From the human T2T-CHM13v2.0 reference genome, Homo sapiens: a stretch of DNA of 64,000 nucleotides. Positions 13,366 to 28,416 of the stretch are shown piece after piece. The stretch lies in assembly GCF_009914755.1 (NCBI RefSeq), contig NC_060944.1; one strand, written 5' to 3'. A model generated the notes under the pieces. The model had not been told where the DNA came from, searched no databases, and saw only the letters and a program-made list of their open reading frames with translations. The translations under genes and the position numbers were made by a program. Position 1 is the stretch's first letter. Each line of letters opens with the position of its first letter.

Positions 13366-14825
13366 TCCCTAAGGCAAAGCGGTAGAGACCTCGGACCCTC
13401 GTCCTTTCTGGCATATTCCTCTCTGGGGGACTTCATCTGCTTGAAAATTTCCCAAATCTGATTTTTTCTTCTTAATCCTGATCAGTTTGGGCATTCCTGT
13501 TCATCCCTGCTCAGTCGGCCTGGGGCCTTTCTCACAGCTGGGTTGATTTCTGGGCCTTCTGTTTTTCAAACACTAAACTGGTTACCTCTGAAGAGCTGGG
13601 AAGCTGGTTCCCATCCACCAAGTGTCCTGACCCCCCAGTTTCCTCTGGAATCAGTGCATCTCGATTTCTCTCTCTCTTCCTCTCTACTTCTCATGTGGTC
13701 TCTGCCCACCCCTCTGCCTGGGGTTGCTTGGCTTAGGTAAGGCCTGGCCTTTTCAAGACCTGGGGCACTTTAGCCAAACACCCTGACCAGAGGAGAGGAG
13801 CAGCCAGTCACCTAGATTGTCCAACCTTGACTTTGCCACAAAGGAAAGGCCACATTTGCTTTCTTTGTTTTCAAAGCTAATACATGGAAGAAGAAGGCTT
13901 AACTTTCTTTTCTCTTTGAGATTCGTGAGGGAGACAGCATCAAAGCTGCACCCTTCTGGCTTAGAAAATACACCCAGAAGCTATAATGAGCACCAAGATG
14001 AGATCTTATATACAGGGTACATTTCTATGCTAAAACTATTTTAAATTTTATTATCCACCTCATGCTATTTCATCTCCTCTCGTCCTCTCCCCCTTGTATC
14101 TATTAGAGCCTGGGTATGGATTTCTTTCCGAGATAAGTTTCATAATCACGAAGCATACTTGACAGTCACACACAGCAGACGCAGGGCCGGAAGAGGTTCA
14201 GCAAGGAAAATGGTAGCTGTGTTTTCCTCTCTATGAGAGAAATATTGGAATATTGGAGGTAAAATGGATGAATACATTCCCCCAAATAGAAGTTTTGAAG
14301 GTTGCTTTTGCATAGAGAAGTTGAAGACTCCATGAAGTGATAGAAAGCATGTAGATATGACAATTATTTTTCTTTTGTTCCCCTCACCCAGCATCCTTTG
14401 GGGTACAGGCCCACTTCCCATTTTTCTTCCCCTTTCTCCACATTGACTTTTTTTTTCTTTAATAAATTTTTATGATGGCCTGAGTGAGAAAACCAAACCA
14501 AACCCATTCCCAGCGCTTCCAGCCCTCAGGTTTTGTTGGATGTTCATGCAATTTTCTCATTATTTTTCTGTCAGTGTTCATAGAAACAGTGTAAACTACT
14601 TGATTTCAAAACCATTATGTTAGTTTACTGCATTATCATTTAAGCTGTGTATTCTTTTGTGATTTGAATTTAGTCATAACATATTTTAAAAGATAAGCCA
14701 AGAAGATTTCTCGAATACATTTTTGATGACAACTGCTTACGGTTCAAGTTTCCCCCCTTCTTTCATCTTTTATGTGACTTTCATTTTACATCCTTGATTT
14801 AGTTATTCTTTCTTTCTGTAAACAC

Positions 14826-15158
<333 letters not shown>

Positions 15159-15796
15159 TGAGAGAAGATTCTGGGGCAGCACAGTCTTACTTCTCCAGTT
15201 TTGTCTCACTCAAGAAAATACCCAGGTAGACAGCCCTGTGCTATGGTGAACTGGTTCCTCCAGCCCCCACCCCTGCCTAAGACCACCCCCAGGGGAGGAT
15301 TCAGGGAAGTGGAAGCGTGGAAGACTCTAAAGATTACCTTCTCTCCCCTTGGGGAAGGTTTGTGTATTTTTTATTCTGTTCTTCTCACCCCCACCCCCAC
15401 CTACCCCCACAGTCCCCCAGCTGCTGTCTATCCTCTGTGCGGAATTGTGTGCCTGCCACAAGATTCCCCTCCTGCGGCATTCTCCACCCCTTCTGCAGTT
15501 GGAATTTTCTGGATGCTTGACATTGTTTACACTCTTCTTCGGACAAGGGTTAAAGGCTACCTCCCATTTTCTGTCAGATCATAGATGTCCTTTCCTCTAT
15601 TGCTTTAGAATTGCCAAAGAGACTCCTTTTGTGAGTGGTAGAATAGAATCCTTCAGGAAAGATGTAAAGGCTTTTTCTACACCTCAAAAATGGACTTTCT
15701 AGGCAGTTCTAATAATACATCAATTGCTGCTCTTTTAAAAACATCTAGAAATGAGATTTACTGATTGATTTGGTTGGTTTGAAAATTATTTCTAGG

Positions 15797-16258
<462 letters not shown>

Positions 16259-17458
16259 TTACAGGAAGATAGAGATGCTACCGTGCGTCTAGGAGATAGT
16301 TTCTGAGGTAAAAAAGAAAAAAAAGTCCTATAATTAAAGTTTTATATTGTAAAATAATTTCTACAGCTGGTGTGAGGACAAAGGAGAGACTTCTTAGAAT
16401 TCTGTAAGAATTTGGCCCCTCTCTTCCTATTATTCCTCCATTCCTCTTTGCTACCCCACGTCTCAGCTTCCAAGTTACATGCGACCTTGAGGTTCAAGTC
16501 TCCATGATCTCTTCATAGCAGAGCAGAGCTAAGTCTTGATATTTTATTCCTTGCTTTGGTCTAAAAGAACTCATAACCGGCCCCCTCTATTTTTTTTTAA
16601 TCAGAACCCACAGAAACCATTGAGAGGCTTTTGCTGAAAAAAAAAAATGCCACTTGAGCTGCATTGCTAAGGGTTGCAGTTCCCGAAGTACTCTCTCTTT
16701 TGAGGTGGAAATCTTGAGAAAAGAAGCCAAGTTGAAAGTATTTCGGTGACCCCACAGTCCACCCGGTTGAGCTGCTTTTATTACAAACTTTTATACGTTT
16801 ATAAGAAACATATATAAGAAAACTTTTGTAAGAAACGTTTATAAGAAAATGACACTTGTAAAATAAGCCAGAAAGCGTAGATTCTTGAGTAAATTTCTGT
16901 ATGTGAAAGTTTTTAAAGAGTATTTTGGGCAATGTTTATTTCTTTCCTCTTTATCTCAGTCCTCTTGTCTTAAACAGTATTGAAGAAATGCTGTTGAATT
17001 TGGTACCTGAATAGGATTTTATATTACTGAAATATTCAAATTGACTGTTCCTTTAGTATTGTTTAGAAGAAATATCTGGGTGAAAGGAAGTTTTCTGCTT
17101 TCCAAATGCTTCACTTTCCTCTACGCCACAAAAAATAAGAGAACTGAAAGAGAAGAAAGAAAAGTACAATCGCCTAAGTACTCCACGAGATGGAATATCT
17201 AAACACGTTATGAAAACAGAACAATATTCCCCCATCGTCTTTTGCTGGTTTTCTTGTCGAATTAAGTTTTACTCGTCTGAAGTCTTGGTTTGAGCGAAGC
17301 CCTAAATGCTCCTTCAATATTTGTTGCTTCACAAAGGCTGGACTTAGAATGTTTTCTTTCCTAAGGTGATTAGAAAACCAAAATTGATGACGCCAACTCT
17401 AATATTTTCTTTCTTGTTTCTGTTTCTAGTTTGACAAGAGCCCATTTTTCCCCCCTCA

Positions 17459-20400
17459 GGATTAATGAAGGAGAGAAGGGGAGATCTTTCTTCCCAGCTA
17501 TTATTATTGAAATGGATCAATTTCTCCTTTTTAAGGATGCAAATCTTGAGGAAAAATGAGCTCTCTCCAATACCTTAATTATATTTCAAGAAATGGGCTG
17601 TTGTTTATGAACTCATCCAGTATTGAGAAACATTGAAAATAATCATTCAAACAGTAGATACTCTTGATTTCAATTTTGGCATCATATATTTCAGAAGGTA
17701 TTTTCACTAATTATATTTTTTCTCCTCATATATCCTTTTGCTGTCTAAATTTTAGATACACACTTGTGGTCTAGGCACAAATATTAACGATTGATTTTAA
17801 ATATGACTTTCCGCTAAATATTGTTTGGAAAAAGAAAAACAAATCTCTAAATGGGAAATCTTAAATTGATTACCTTTTATCAAAGAAATAAGAGAAATGA
17901 GTACCACTAAGAAAAGTAATTTCTGAAATAAAATGTATGATTACTTTAGAAGAGACAAACTTTCAAAAAATTGCACTAGGAAAGAGAAGTACCCTGGTAT
18001 GGGTTGCTAGATTTTGATAAATGTATTTTTCTGCTCTTTCGATGAGTCCTTCAGCCACATCTCTCTGAGGAACCAGGGCTGAGGCTTCATCACCAAGTCA
18101 ACCCTCCTTAGATGGTTTTGTGAGGTGGCATTTTAGCGATTCCTCAGGCTGGTCACCTCAGACTCTCAAAGCAGATGAAGCGCCCTGGTGGTGTGGAGAT
18201 GGGATGATTCATAACCCATCTCCTCTGTGGCATTTACCACAATACCAATCATTGTGTAATTCTGTCCTATTTTGTTTTATCTTCAGCTACGTGTATACTA
18301 CAACAAGTACATAGAATAGAGCTTCTTAATTATTAGCAATAAACCTGTATTTAACTCCAGGGCAAGGCAGGGCAGGGGATGAGGGAGACCTCTATTCTTT
18401 CCCGTTGTCTTATTTACTTTCCCTCTTAATGGAATCTTTTCTTTTGAATTCAGCACATACCTAAGGTTTTAAGTGATTGAAATATTTTAACTGGATTTTT
18501 TTCCCCCACTAACATAGTTTAGGAAAATTCCTCTGAGGCTGAAGTTATCAACGCAGCTGCCTTTCATTGAAAAAATAGAAAAGCAAAGAAAACTGCTCAG
18601 ACAGGTACTTTTAGAGGTAAAAGGTTTACCTAATCACGTTGAAGAGGTCGAATAGCTAAGTATTATGTGAGGATGGTGACGTAATTCTCTGAAATCAAGT
18701 AGATGAGAGTTATTTCTTCTTTTTATCCTTTGCACTTGTGTTACTCTGCCATAAGTAGACAGAGGGAGGTGGGAGGAGACACCCTTGGTGTTTGTTGTGC
18801 CCCATCTCTCTGTCACAAATCGCCTCAAAATGTTTTCCCAAGGAGAAACAAAATGGCAGCCTGAACCCTAGGACTCCCTCATCCACTCACTCCCTCCTTG
18901 TTTCTCTGACTAGAACTAATGGCTCTGTACCATTATTTTTCCTGTAAGAATTAATAGGGAGATATTCTTTTCCTAAAGCCATTAGTTAAGTAATATTGCT
19001 TACAGAATTGCTGAAACAGGATAACATCTCCTTCCCCAGAGTGTAAATCTTAAGAAATGATGAGGCAATTGCTTAAACACATCAATTATATCCCAAAACC
19101 TGAACTTTTCTCTCTACAATTTTCATTTAGAGTTAAGAAAGTTTGAAATTAATGATCCATAAAGTAGATTCTCCTGATTCAATTTTGGCACTGAAGAATG
19201 CAAATAATATTAACAATTTTTTTTTCCCTTCATTTAGTTTTCTTTCTTCCTCACAATTTATCCTCTCTTTATTTTAGCGCATTCTCTTCTTGTCTGGGCA
19301 TGATTAAAGTTTTGACTTACCAAAAGATTTTAAGCATACTTTCCCCACTAAAAATGTTTTTTTGGAGAAAATGGTAAGTGAAGTGTTCTTCAACTGATTG
19401 CCTTTCATCAAAGAAAGAGAAGACGAATGAGAACCATAGAGAAAAGTGGTTTCTGGGAAAAAAAAACAGATTTAAAACTATTACTGAGAGAGGCAAAGTT
19501 TCAAAAAAAATAGGATAGTACAGAAATACTCTAGATTTGGCTAGAGGTGGAAAAAATATATTTTTCTCTTCCTTTCATGAATCTCTCAGTTTTTCTGTGC
19601 CTGAAAAACTAAATTTTAGTTACTGGTGTGTGAGGATTTATCTCTGTCTTTCAGCAACCTGTTCTGATCTTCTGGTAAGAGGACTGATTTGACTTTTAGT
19701 TTTGCCTGAGCATATTCAGGTATAATACACTTTGGGGGTTTTCCTCATTATTTTGAGTCTGAATTTTAGAACCAATATGATTATGTGTCTCTTATTTTTC
19801 TTTCCAACTGATAACGCAATATCATGTTTGTTGCAAAAAAGAAAGTAGCATTGACTTATCCAAGGAAAGCCTGACAACTTCCAGCCACACTGCCCCTGAG
19901 GCCATCAGAGTTAGGTTGGCACACATCCTTCTACATCTTTCTCCACTCATAAACAAATACAGACAGACACCTTTTGTTGTTGTTTTTTACACAAAGGCTC
20001 ATACCAGATGTAGTAATCGCCAATTCTTTTCTTCTTAATATGTTTTGTATATAACTCTAGGCCGATACGTATATAGATTGTTTTAATAGTGGCATACAAT
20101 CCCCTAGTTTGGATGTACTACTATTTATCTGTTCATCCCTTCCTTTATTGATGGATGTTTATGTTGATGCCTATTGTTTTTCCTACCACAACTATTGCTG
20201 CAGTACACATTCTTGCCTGATTTCCCAAAGAGCAATTGCTGGATCAATGGTTTTATACTTACTTATTTCACCTTATAAGATACCACCAAATTACTTTTCA
20301 AAAACGGACTTACTCTCCCATCAATATTTTTAACAGTATTTTTAAAAAGAAACTTTGCTTCAGCAAGAGAGCAAACAAAGCCACGGTGAAGCTTTGCTAT

Positions 20401-22094
20401 CAGAGTGGGCGGCGCATGTGAGTTTCTTAAATAACAAGAGGTCACCACCAAGCGGCCTCTCATTCAAATTCAGGCCACAGATGTGTTGGGTAGCACAATG
20501 CTACTGTCGTTTTGAAAACTAATTAGTTATGAATGTTTGAAAGCATGTGAAATACAGATTTTGATTTTTCTCCTGAAAAACAAACAGATCTGGTGAGCTG
20601 GACCCTCCGGCCTTCATTGTCTCAGTTGGCTGGAGCTAGGGGTCAGCCGCCCCTGGGGCCTGGGCTTGCTGTTTGGCCATCCCCAGGCAGGCACCCGAAT
20701 TAGCAATTTGTCTGGCTCCTGTAGCATTTGAGTTTGTGATCTTTGGTTTAAACTAGGGTTTCTCAACCTGGGCACTGCTGACATTTGGCGACACTCCATT
20801 ATTTGTTGCAGTGTGGGATGTGTAGCAGGGTTGCTGGTCTCCACCCACAACATGCCAGGAGCATCCCCTCCACTCCGAGTCAGGACCACCCAAAATTTCT
20901 CCAGACATCACCCTTGCTTCGGAACCACTGGTTTTTAACAAACCCACAAAATGCATTTTCCTCAGTCAATTTTGAAATAAACTTTTCAAAGACTGTTCCT
21001 GGGCAGTTTTCATTATTTCATTTGATGAAGGAACACTGTTGAATTCTGTACACGACCAAGCTTTAAAGTCACTGAAATGTTTCAAATCAGCCCCATTCAC
21101 TGAATTTGGAGAAAGTATCTGAGAGGAAAAAGTGATCAAAACACGTTCATCTCAGGAACAGAAATGGAGAGACAACGGTGATTACATATGGTTTCTGAAG
21201 TAAAACCTTTACCTAATTACACACACATAAAAGATACAATTTCTAAATACTGTATGAAGAGGGTTGAATACATCTCTGGCACAAAGGTAGACATTGGCTT
21301 TGTTCACTTTGGTTTTCTTCGGTGGTTTCTTTTGTTTGTTCATCACGGGCCTGGGCCAGCTCACCTCTCCCTCCGCAGTCTGTCTCCTTGCGCTCACATA
21401 ATCCTCCTCTGAAGGGATTTCTGAGGTATTTGGAGCCAGCAAGAGGCCGGGGATGGGTCTGGGGGTCTCTCCAGAGCCCTCTTCTCTCTCTGTGCCTTCA
21501 CTCTCCTTCTCTGACAGGACTTCCGACATCTTTTCTCATTAGAATTAATGGAGAACTATCCCCAAAGCTATGAAGTCATAGTGCTCTGAAATTGCTGAAA
21601 CAGAATAATTTCTCCTTCATTCTAGGGTGTAAATCTTGAGGAAAGATGAGAAGCTGTTTCAGGTATATCGATAATGTCCCAGGGAAGAGACCCACATAGA
21701 CAATTTTCATTTAGCAACAAGAAACTTTTAAAAGAATGTTACACAAAGTATATCAGCCAGTTTCTGTTTTGGCTTTCAGTCTTTCAAATGGCATTTTCTT
21801 TTTTATTGTCTTTTTTCCTTCTCTAATTTCATAATCCTATTTTCACTCTGTATTTTAAGGGCACACACTTGATGTCTGGACATGACAGAATTTTTAAAGC
21901 AAAATTTTAAACACCGCTTTGCACTGAATTCAGGATTTCTGTGAGGGGAGGGTGGTTATCTTGATTGCCTTTCATCAGAGAAATAGAAAAGAGATGAAAA
22001 TTACTAAGAAAAATGGTTGTTGAAGTAAAAGATTAGTTTATGATTACTTAGAGGCAAACTTTCAAAAGATTGCATTAGGATAGTGCAGAAATAC
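17459..22094 (+). repeat. Three dispersed ~550-600 bp ancient direct repeats (17459-~17995, 18947-19529, 21541-22094)
   Basis: Collinear shared motifs in all three: gaattaat / aaatcttRagRaaNRatgag / ttttggc / tgattRcctttYatcaRagaaa / gRcaaaStttcaaaa / tagga. Confidence 0.8.
20753..20930. mobile_element. MER20 DNA transposon
   Basis: ggtttctcaacctgggcactgctgacatttgg...atgccaggagca...ctccagacat...gaaccactg. Confidence 0.8.
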
Positions 22095-24049
22095 CCGAGG
22101 CTGTACTTGATAAATCCATCTTTCTGGTCCTCTCCCCCAACCCTCCCTGCCTGTGCAGCTGAAGTCGGAGCTGCTTCTCACTGCTCACCGCCCACTGACT
22201 TCTGATTATTTTTTGATTGGCATTGACATCCAACGTCTCCCATTCTCTCTGCCTGAGAGGAATAAAACCTCTTTCTTCCATCATTTTTAGCCATTTTTTT
22301 CGTAAAGAGGCTTCATAAACAAAAAATGTAATAGGATTGCAGAAACAAATGAATTTACTGTCAAAGAAACTTTAGCATAACGTCAGGTATGCAACAGAGA
22401 CTTAAAGAAAATTGGTTGAATAATTACATGTATAGATGATTCAGACTTAGAAAGCCATCCAGGACAGGGGTGATGTCAGATGATTTACTGTGTGCATAGT
22501 TTTGCTCTTTTCCATAGATACAGGTTGGGTTGGGGTCCTATTTCATGGCCACCCAGCACCTTCGTGCTTTTTCTTTCATGCTATTTACTATATTTGCTTG
22601 GTGAATTTTTTATATAATTATTTGCTTACTGAATTTCTCCCCCGTTGAACTATAATTATCATGTGGGTGTGTCTGCCTCGTTTTCCACAGAACAAATGCC
22701 CTGTGTTTAGCACAGTTCTTGGCACGGTTGTTGGTTGTGCTTGGTGCTCAGTAAATATTTAGGCTCAATAACATAGGCTCGAAAACAGGCTTAAAAATAT
22801 TTGAATAAATAACTGTCCACAAAGTTATTACTTTTAGAGATCTGCCCAGCTTTCTATAAGTAATTGCTAGCACATTGTGGATCTGTTAATTCCCGGGATG
22901 CTTCTAAACAATTTAATCACAGATTAATTAATAGTCTAGGAAATTACTCCTATATTCTTGTTTATATTTGCAGCTTGCTTAGAAGGTTGATTTTATAGAC
23001 TCATTTTTAACCCTTTTTTTAAATAATAATTCAGTCTTTGGAATCCACATTCATGGAGTTTTGGTGTATTGGGACAAACCAAAAGAAATATATCAAATTA
23101 CTTACATTTTTAGTTAATGATATTTGAGCAGTGCGTTTATAGCATTTTAATAAGGCCTAGACATTAGGCAGCTGGAAGAAGATTTGGCATTAAAGATGTC
23201 TACAGTTATGTTGTAAGTTTCATCATGTTGTTTATTTATTTCATTTTCTTTCTAAGTATTTTACAGTTTCCTGTAGCCTTTTCAAGATGGCCACATTTAA
23301 AATTGCTGTAACACTTTAAGTGGCCTCTTCCTCTAAATGCAGTCTGGCAATTATTTCTGAGGGAAGTTATTAAAAACACAGCCTTTAATCAGGGAAAGAA
23401 CAGCACGGCACAGAGAGCTGTGATGAGAGATGGTCTCTCTAATAAGAGTCCCATAATTGTGTAAGAGCGATCGAATTTCTGAAGATGGCATTAAGACAGT
23501 GGAGTTTGTAATTTCTGAGGATGTAGGAAGTGATTCATACAGTGTGATGCTGAAGCCTCAATGGAATCACATTCTGTGATTTAAAATTTGGCCAGGGAAC
23601 TACTTCCTTTTTGAAAAGGGCCATTCATTTAAAAGCAAGTTAGTGTCCTTCCTCAATAATCCAAATCAGTTTAACACACTTCAGTGACATTATTTGAGCA
23701 TTTTTCACAATTATTAAAGATAATTCACTTTTCTCTGTAGACTGCAGGGTCAAAAACAAATTAGATCAGTGGATTTTCTTCCTTTACTTTCATAGATGAG
23801 TCAGAAGTTATTGGTCAAATGTGCACATGACCTTTCTACTTAAGCTTAAAAACCAAAACAACCTGTTGGGAAGACATTTGGCCAATCTGATTATTTTCTC
23901 TACACTAATTGGTTTTACTTCTTCATTGAATTGAATGAATTGCATGGTTGTTTTGTCACTGTGGGGACAGAGCTTAATTCACTTAGAGTGAGCACTTGTG
24001 CTTGGTGAACGATGAGGCTAAGGAAATGCATATCATCACCATTAATTTT

Positions 24050-24865
24050 TGATAATTTTTCATGGGTGAGAATGAAAACATATCTTGAATCCACCCCTTT
24101 TTTCCCTTTCTATTTCTGGTGCCCTAGTCAAGCCATCTCATCTGGCCCCTGGATTATCCTAGTAAGCTTGTAACTGTTTTTCCCACCTCTCCTCACCTCT
24201 CTCCCGAGTTTGGCTTCAAAATTTAAACTTCTTACCACAGTCACTTGTACCCCACAAGATCTGAGTCCTTGTTGACTTCCCCACCATCATCTTGCCCCTG
24301 CCCCTGCATTCACGACTGTCCTTCCACATTGGCCCCCCATGGGTCTCTTGCTCCCGCAAGCTGCTTTCCCCTTTAAGGTCTCTGTATTGTTCCTTCTTTT
24401 GTCTAGAATATCCTTTGTGGACTTGTTCTTTCTCACTCTGAAGGTCTCATTTCTGATGTCGCCTTTCTGAGAAGTCTTCCTTGACTATATAAAACAGTCC
24501 TCCCTGGCTACTCTTTGGATTAAGCCCCCTCGTTACTCTCTTTACTACCCCCTGCTTATCATGAGTCTGTAGTATGCTCCCCTCCATTTCTCATTAGTGT
24601 CTGGAATAGCCTCCTGTTAATTGTTACTGCCTGTAATACTCTCATTTTCACTCTCGGTAATATCCCCGTCCTCGATTTATTTCCTTTGCGACCCCATCAC
24701 AATAGGCGTCTGCTTCCTTGTCTTTGCTTCTCTTTCCCCATTACAGTAGAAGCTCTTGAGGGCCAGCGTCACCTTTGTTTTGTTCTTCTCAGACTCTTCA
24801 AGGTGGAGCATGGTGCCTGGGTCATTGAAGGGGCCCAGGATGTGGTTGTTGAACAGGTGAATGGA
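24050..24865. mobile_element. L2 fragment(s)
   Basis: L2 3'-type motifs (ccctagtcaagccatctcatct..ggattat, gtagaagctcttgagggc, gcatggtgcctgg, gttgttgaa). Confidence 0.55.
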
Positions 24866-25049
24866 GTACCAAAAGCCTGGTTCTGTGCCATTAGATTACC
24901 TGAGTACACGGGAGGGTCAAGAAAGATTGTGTGGAAGAAAAAAGCATTGCTATCTTTCCCAAACTGTGCACTTCTCTACGGATTTTCAAAGTTGATTTGC
25001 TCAGGATTAGCACACTTGGTAATCTAGTAACTTACCCCTTGAGATATAA

Positions 25050-27540
25050 GAAGTGGAACTGTTCTTTTGGTTTAAGATGGAGGATGGAACACATTTATTT
25101 ACCTCAGCTTTTCTCTAACAACCCACAAGAGGTTAGTAATTAAAGGTGTTTTTAATATATAAGCTCACAAGGAGAAACGACTCGGAGAAGAAATGATGCC
25201 ACCAGTTTGAAAACTGGAGTGCAGAGTCTGAATGGGAACTGATGTAGCTGACCCCAAGGAATGGAATCCTGATTTAACAGTGAGAAGACTCCCCACAACT
25301 CAGACATTCATGGTACCAGGTGTGGCTGAAAACAAGATTGATTGAAAGACTAAGAAGCAATCAGACTTCATTCCCACTCCGTTTCTACTTCTCAGAGCTT
25401 GGTAACTTCCCTCACCCTTGGAGAAGACTAGGGGCTTAGTCTCTGGACAGCATACAAAATGCTGGGGGACACTTGGCATAATTAGTTCAGCAGGGGAGTG
25501 AGGGGACTAGATTGAAAATGGGGTTTGAGCAAATGTGAATACTGCATATGAGCCCCCAGAATCTCTTCTCTAATTTTGACTCCAGAATGCCGGCAGCCTG
25601 GCTTCTATTTTCCAGTCAGGAGACCCGAGGACTCTTCTTGTAGAAGCTGACCAGTACACGTGGAGACCTGCAGATAACTACTTCAGGGTTCCCACTGAAA
25701 CAGGGCAACCACATAACCTAACAGTAGGGCCCATGGTTGACAGATTGCACTTGTAAAGAACACCAAGTCAGCTTTTTTGTGCCCATTTCCTAAACATAAG
25801 CAGCGAAGATTGCTGTATTTCTCAGGAAAGCCACCAACCTAAAGAGAGAAATAAAAACAAACCAATGGAAACAAAGGAACTTGGAAGAGGGACTATGTAG
25901 GGGGAGGCAAACTTCAACAACGACAACAACAACAACCCATTATTAACATTGCCGGGGGTAAAAGAGAGGATGTTAGAGCTATGAAGTAAGAACAGGATGC
26001 TATAAAAAAAGAACATGGGAAAGAACTCTTAGAAATTAAAAGCATAATAGCAGAAATAGAAACTCATTGGAATATAAAGTTGAGGAAATTCCCCCAAAAG
26101 TGAAGCAAAAAGACCAAGAAACAGAACATCACAGCGAAAAGATAAGAAAAATAGAAGATTATACTAGGAGATCCAATAACCCAATAAGGGCAGTTCTAGA
26201 AAGAGAGAGAAGACAAAACAGAAGGGAAAAAAAATCAGAAATAACAGGTAAGTTCAAGAGTTATATTGTACAACATGGTAACTATAGTTAATGACAATGT
26301 TTTGTATTCTTAAAAATTGCTGAGAGTATAAGTGTTCTTGCCAAAAAAAGATAAGCCTATGGGCCAATACATATGTTATTAATAGTCTAATTTAGCCAAC
26401 CTACAATGTGTGTATATTTCAAAACAATGCATTGTACATGAGGAAGGAAAAGGAAAAAAGAAAAACAGAACCACATTTTTCTAAAACCTGAGGACATGAT
26501 TCAGATTGAAAGAATTGATTGAGTGCCCAGCCAATGAATGAAGATCGACCCAGGCTGTGGTGACACCAGAAATAAAGAAGAGCCTCGGGGATTCCAGAGA
26601 ACGACATACAAAAAGATTTCATCCAAAGGACCATGAATCATAAATCATATTGTCTCCAGACTTTTCAACAACTGGAACGCAATAGAGCCGTGTCTGCAAC
26701 CCCAAAGGGAAATGATTTCCGATTTTGAATGTCATACCCAGCCAAGCTGCCAATGACATCTAAAGAGTTATACTTCATGTACCCTTTCTCATGAAACTAC
26801 TAGAAGTTTTGTGTTAGGAAAGCAGGAGTGTAAACCAAGAAAAAAGAAGTTGTAGAGGTTCAGGAACCAGGAAAGAGGCGAAGAGAATCAGCACAGCGGG
26901 GATGAAGGGAGACCCCAGGGGCACAGCCATGCTGCAGAGAAACATGGTCCACTTGGAGCAAATCAGAAAGTTTCAAGGAAACATTTCTCACAGAATGAAA
27001 TGAAACCTCAGACAATTGGAGAGGTGGTTGGAAAATGATTTTAGAAATGAGTCCATAGAAAACTCAGCAAAATTTTTAAAAAGCAAAATCGTCATTAATC
27101 CCAGGGAAAGCAGTTTTCACAAGAAAGGCAACGTAATCGTAGTATACTACAAGATTCAGTGCTGACAGGTATTCTCCTAAACATACTAATATAAACATGG
27201 AATATTCGCCTAAATGAAAACAGGCCATAGGGGTTAGAGAACTGTTGAGAAGATAGAGAGGTGGAATGTGTGCTTGTGTGGGGGGTCATGAAGTTTGAAG
27301 AGGAGGAGAGCTGGAAGAAGAGGGAAACCCTCCTCTCTCCCCATGAGAAGTCACAGCTACTACTTCCACAAAATGTAGTTCTATAACAATGTTATCAGAC
27401 ATGAAGGAGCTAAAAGTCAAAAGACTCCCGAATGGAAAAAGATGGATGGGTTGGCAGGGGTTGCAGTTTTTCTTAATACACAGTTAGGCTTGACTTTTCA
27501 GACTGCACATGTGTACCTTTCATCAAAATAAAAGCAAATT
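25050..27540 (+). mobile_element. Ancient HAL1/L1M ORF1-bearing element, with a short L1MA 3' fragment at ~26240-26440
   Basis: ORF 26067..26291 (KIRKIEDYTRRSNNPIRAVLERE) resembles the L1 ORF1p LEDxxRRxNI motif; tacccagccaagct motif at ~26735. Confidence 0.6.
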
Positions 27541-28255
27541 TAAAAGTGGGTCTAGTGCTTCTTCTCTAGTGACACAGTCGTTTTAAGATATTTCTCTGAT
27601 CTCGTATCATGATGGAACCTGCCCTCTCTGAAATTTTGTGATCCTTTTGACTGGTATGCCAGGTCATCAGTGCGGGTGAAGGATGAAGGAAAGACAGGTA
27701 TGAGAAGTGCTGTTTTGTGGATATTGTCAGGGCCCTTCTTTCCTTCCACAATCACAACAATAACCACCACAACAAAACAACAGCATCACAAAAGCCAACC
27801 TCATCCCTTGCTGCCCAGCACTCTAGTGGGAATTAAGACCTGGTTTATATTTCTGGGTTCCCACCATGCATCGAGTGAAACGTCTATTCTGACTACTTGG
27901 TAGTATGTCAGAGAATTCAAGCTGATCTAAAATTTACCTAAACAGACATGACCAGGAATACAACTCTGATGAGAAGAAGCAACATGAAATATAGATATAT
28001 TTTATGATATGTATCATTCAGGGGTTTTTCTACTTTGAGAATTGGTTTTGCCATTTCCTTCCTTCATAGAGTGGATATATTTTATTTGACCAAATGTGAA
28101 TTGGTTGGAGATAAATTGAGTTCTTGCACACACCCTGTGAGATGAGGGTTAATGAGCTCAGAGGCGATCAAGAAGTCATGGACAACCTCCCAGGAAATTA
28201 CTCTTTGCTAATTTTATAATTCCAGTCATATGTAAATGTGCCTCTCCCCTTGCAG

Positions 28256-28416
28256 GTCTGAATCTGCAAGAGGAGCCATCTTGTGCCACCTCAGAATCAC
28301 CTCCTTGTTGTGGGAAGGAAGAGAAGAAGGAAGGTGACTGCAGACAAACCTTAGGAACCCTCTCTCTTGGTACAAGTTCAAGAATTGTCAGGGAAATGGA
28401 CAAACGAACTGTGAAG
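28256..28416 (+). CDS. ZNF831: ZNF831 penultimate coding exon (161 nt; (G)LNLQEEPSCATSESPPCCGKEEKKEGDCRQTLGTLSLGTSSRIVREMDKRTVK)
   Basis: Acceptor cctctccccttgcag|GT at 28255/6 and donor AAG|gtgggc at 28416/7. Open frame of 2 nt plus 53 codons that joins in phase 0 to the terminal exon. Confidence 0.9.

Noticed and set aside
17459-22094. Array units as box C/D snoRNA repeats
   Set aside because: ATGATGA appears only in the second long unit (~19058); box C/D and terminal stems are not conserved across units.
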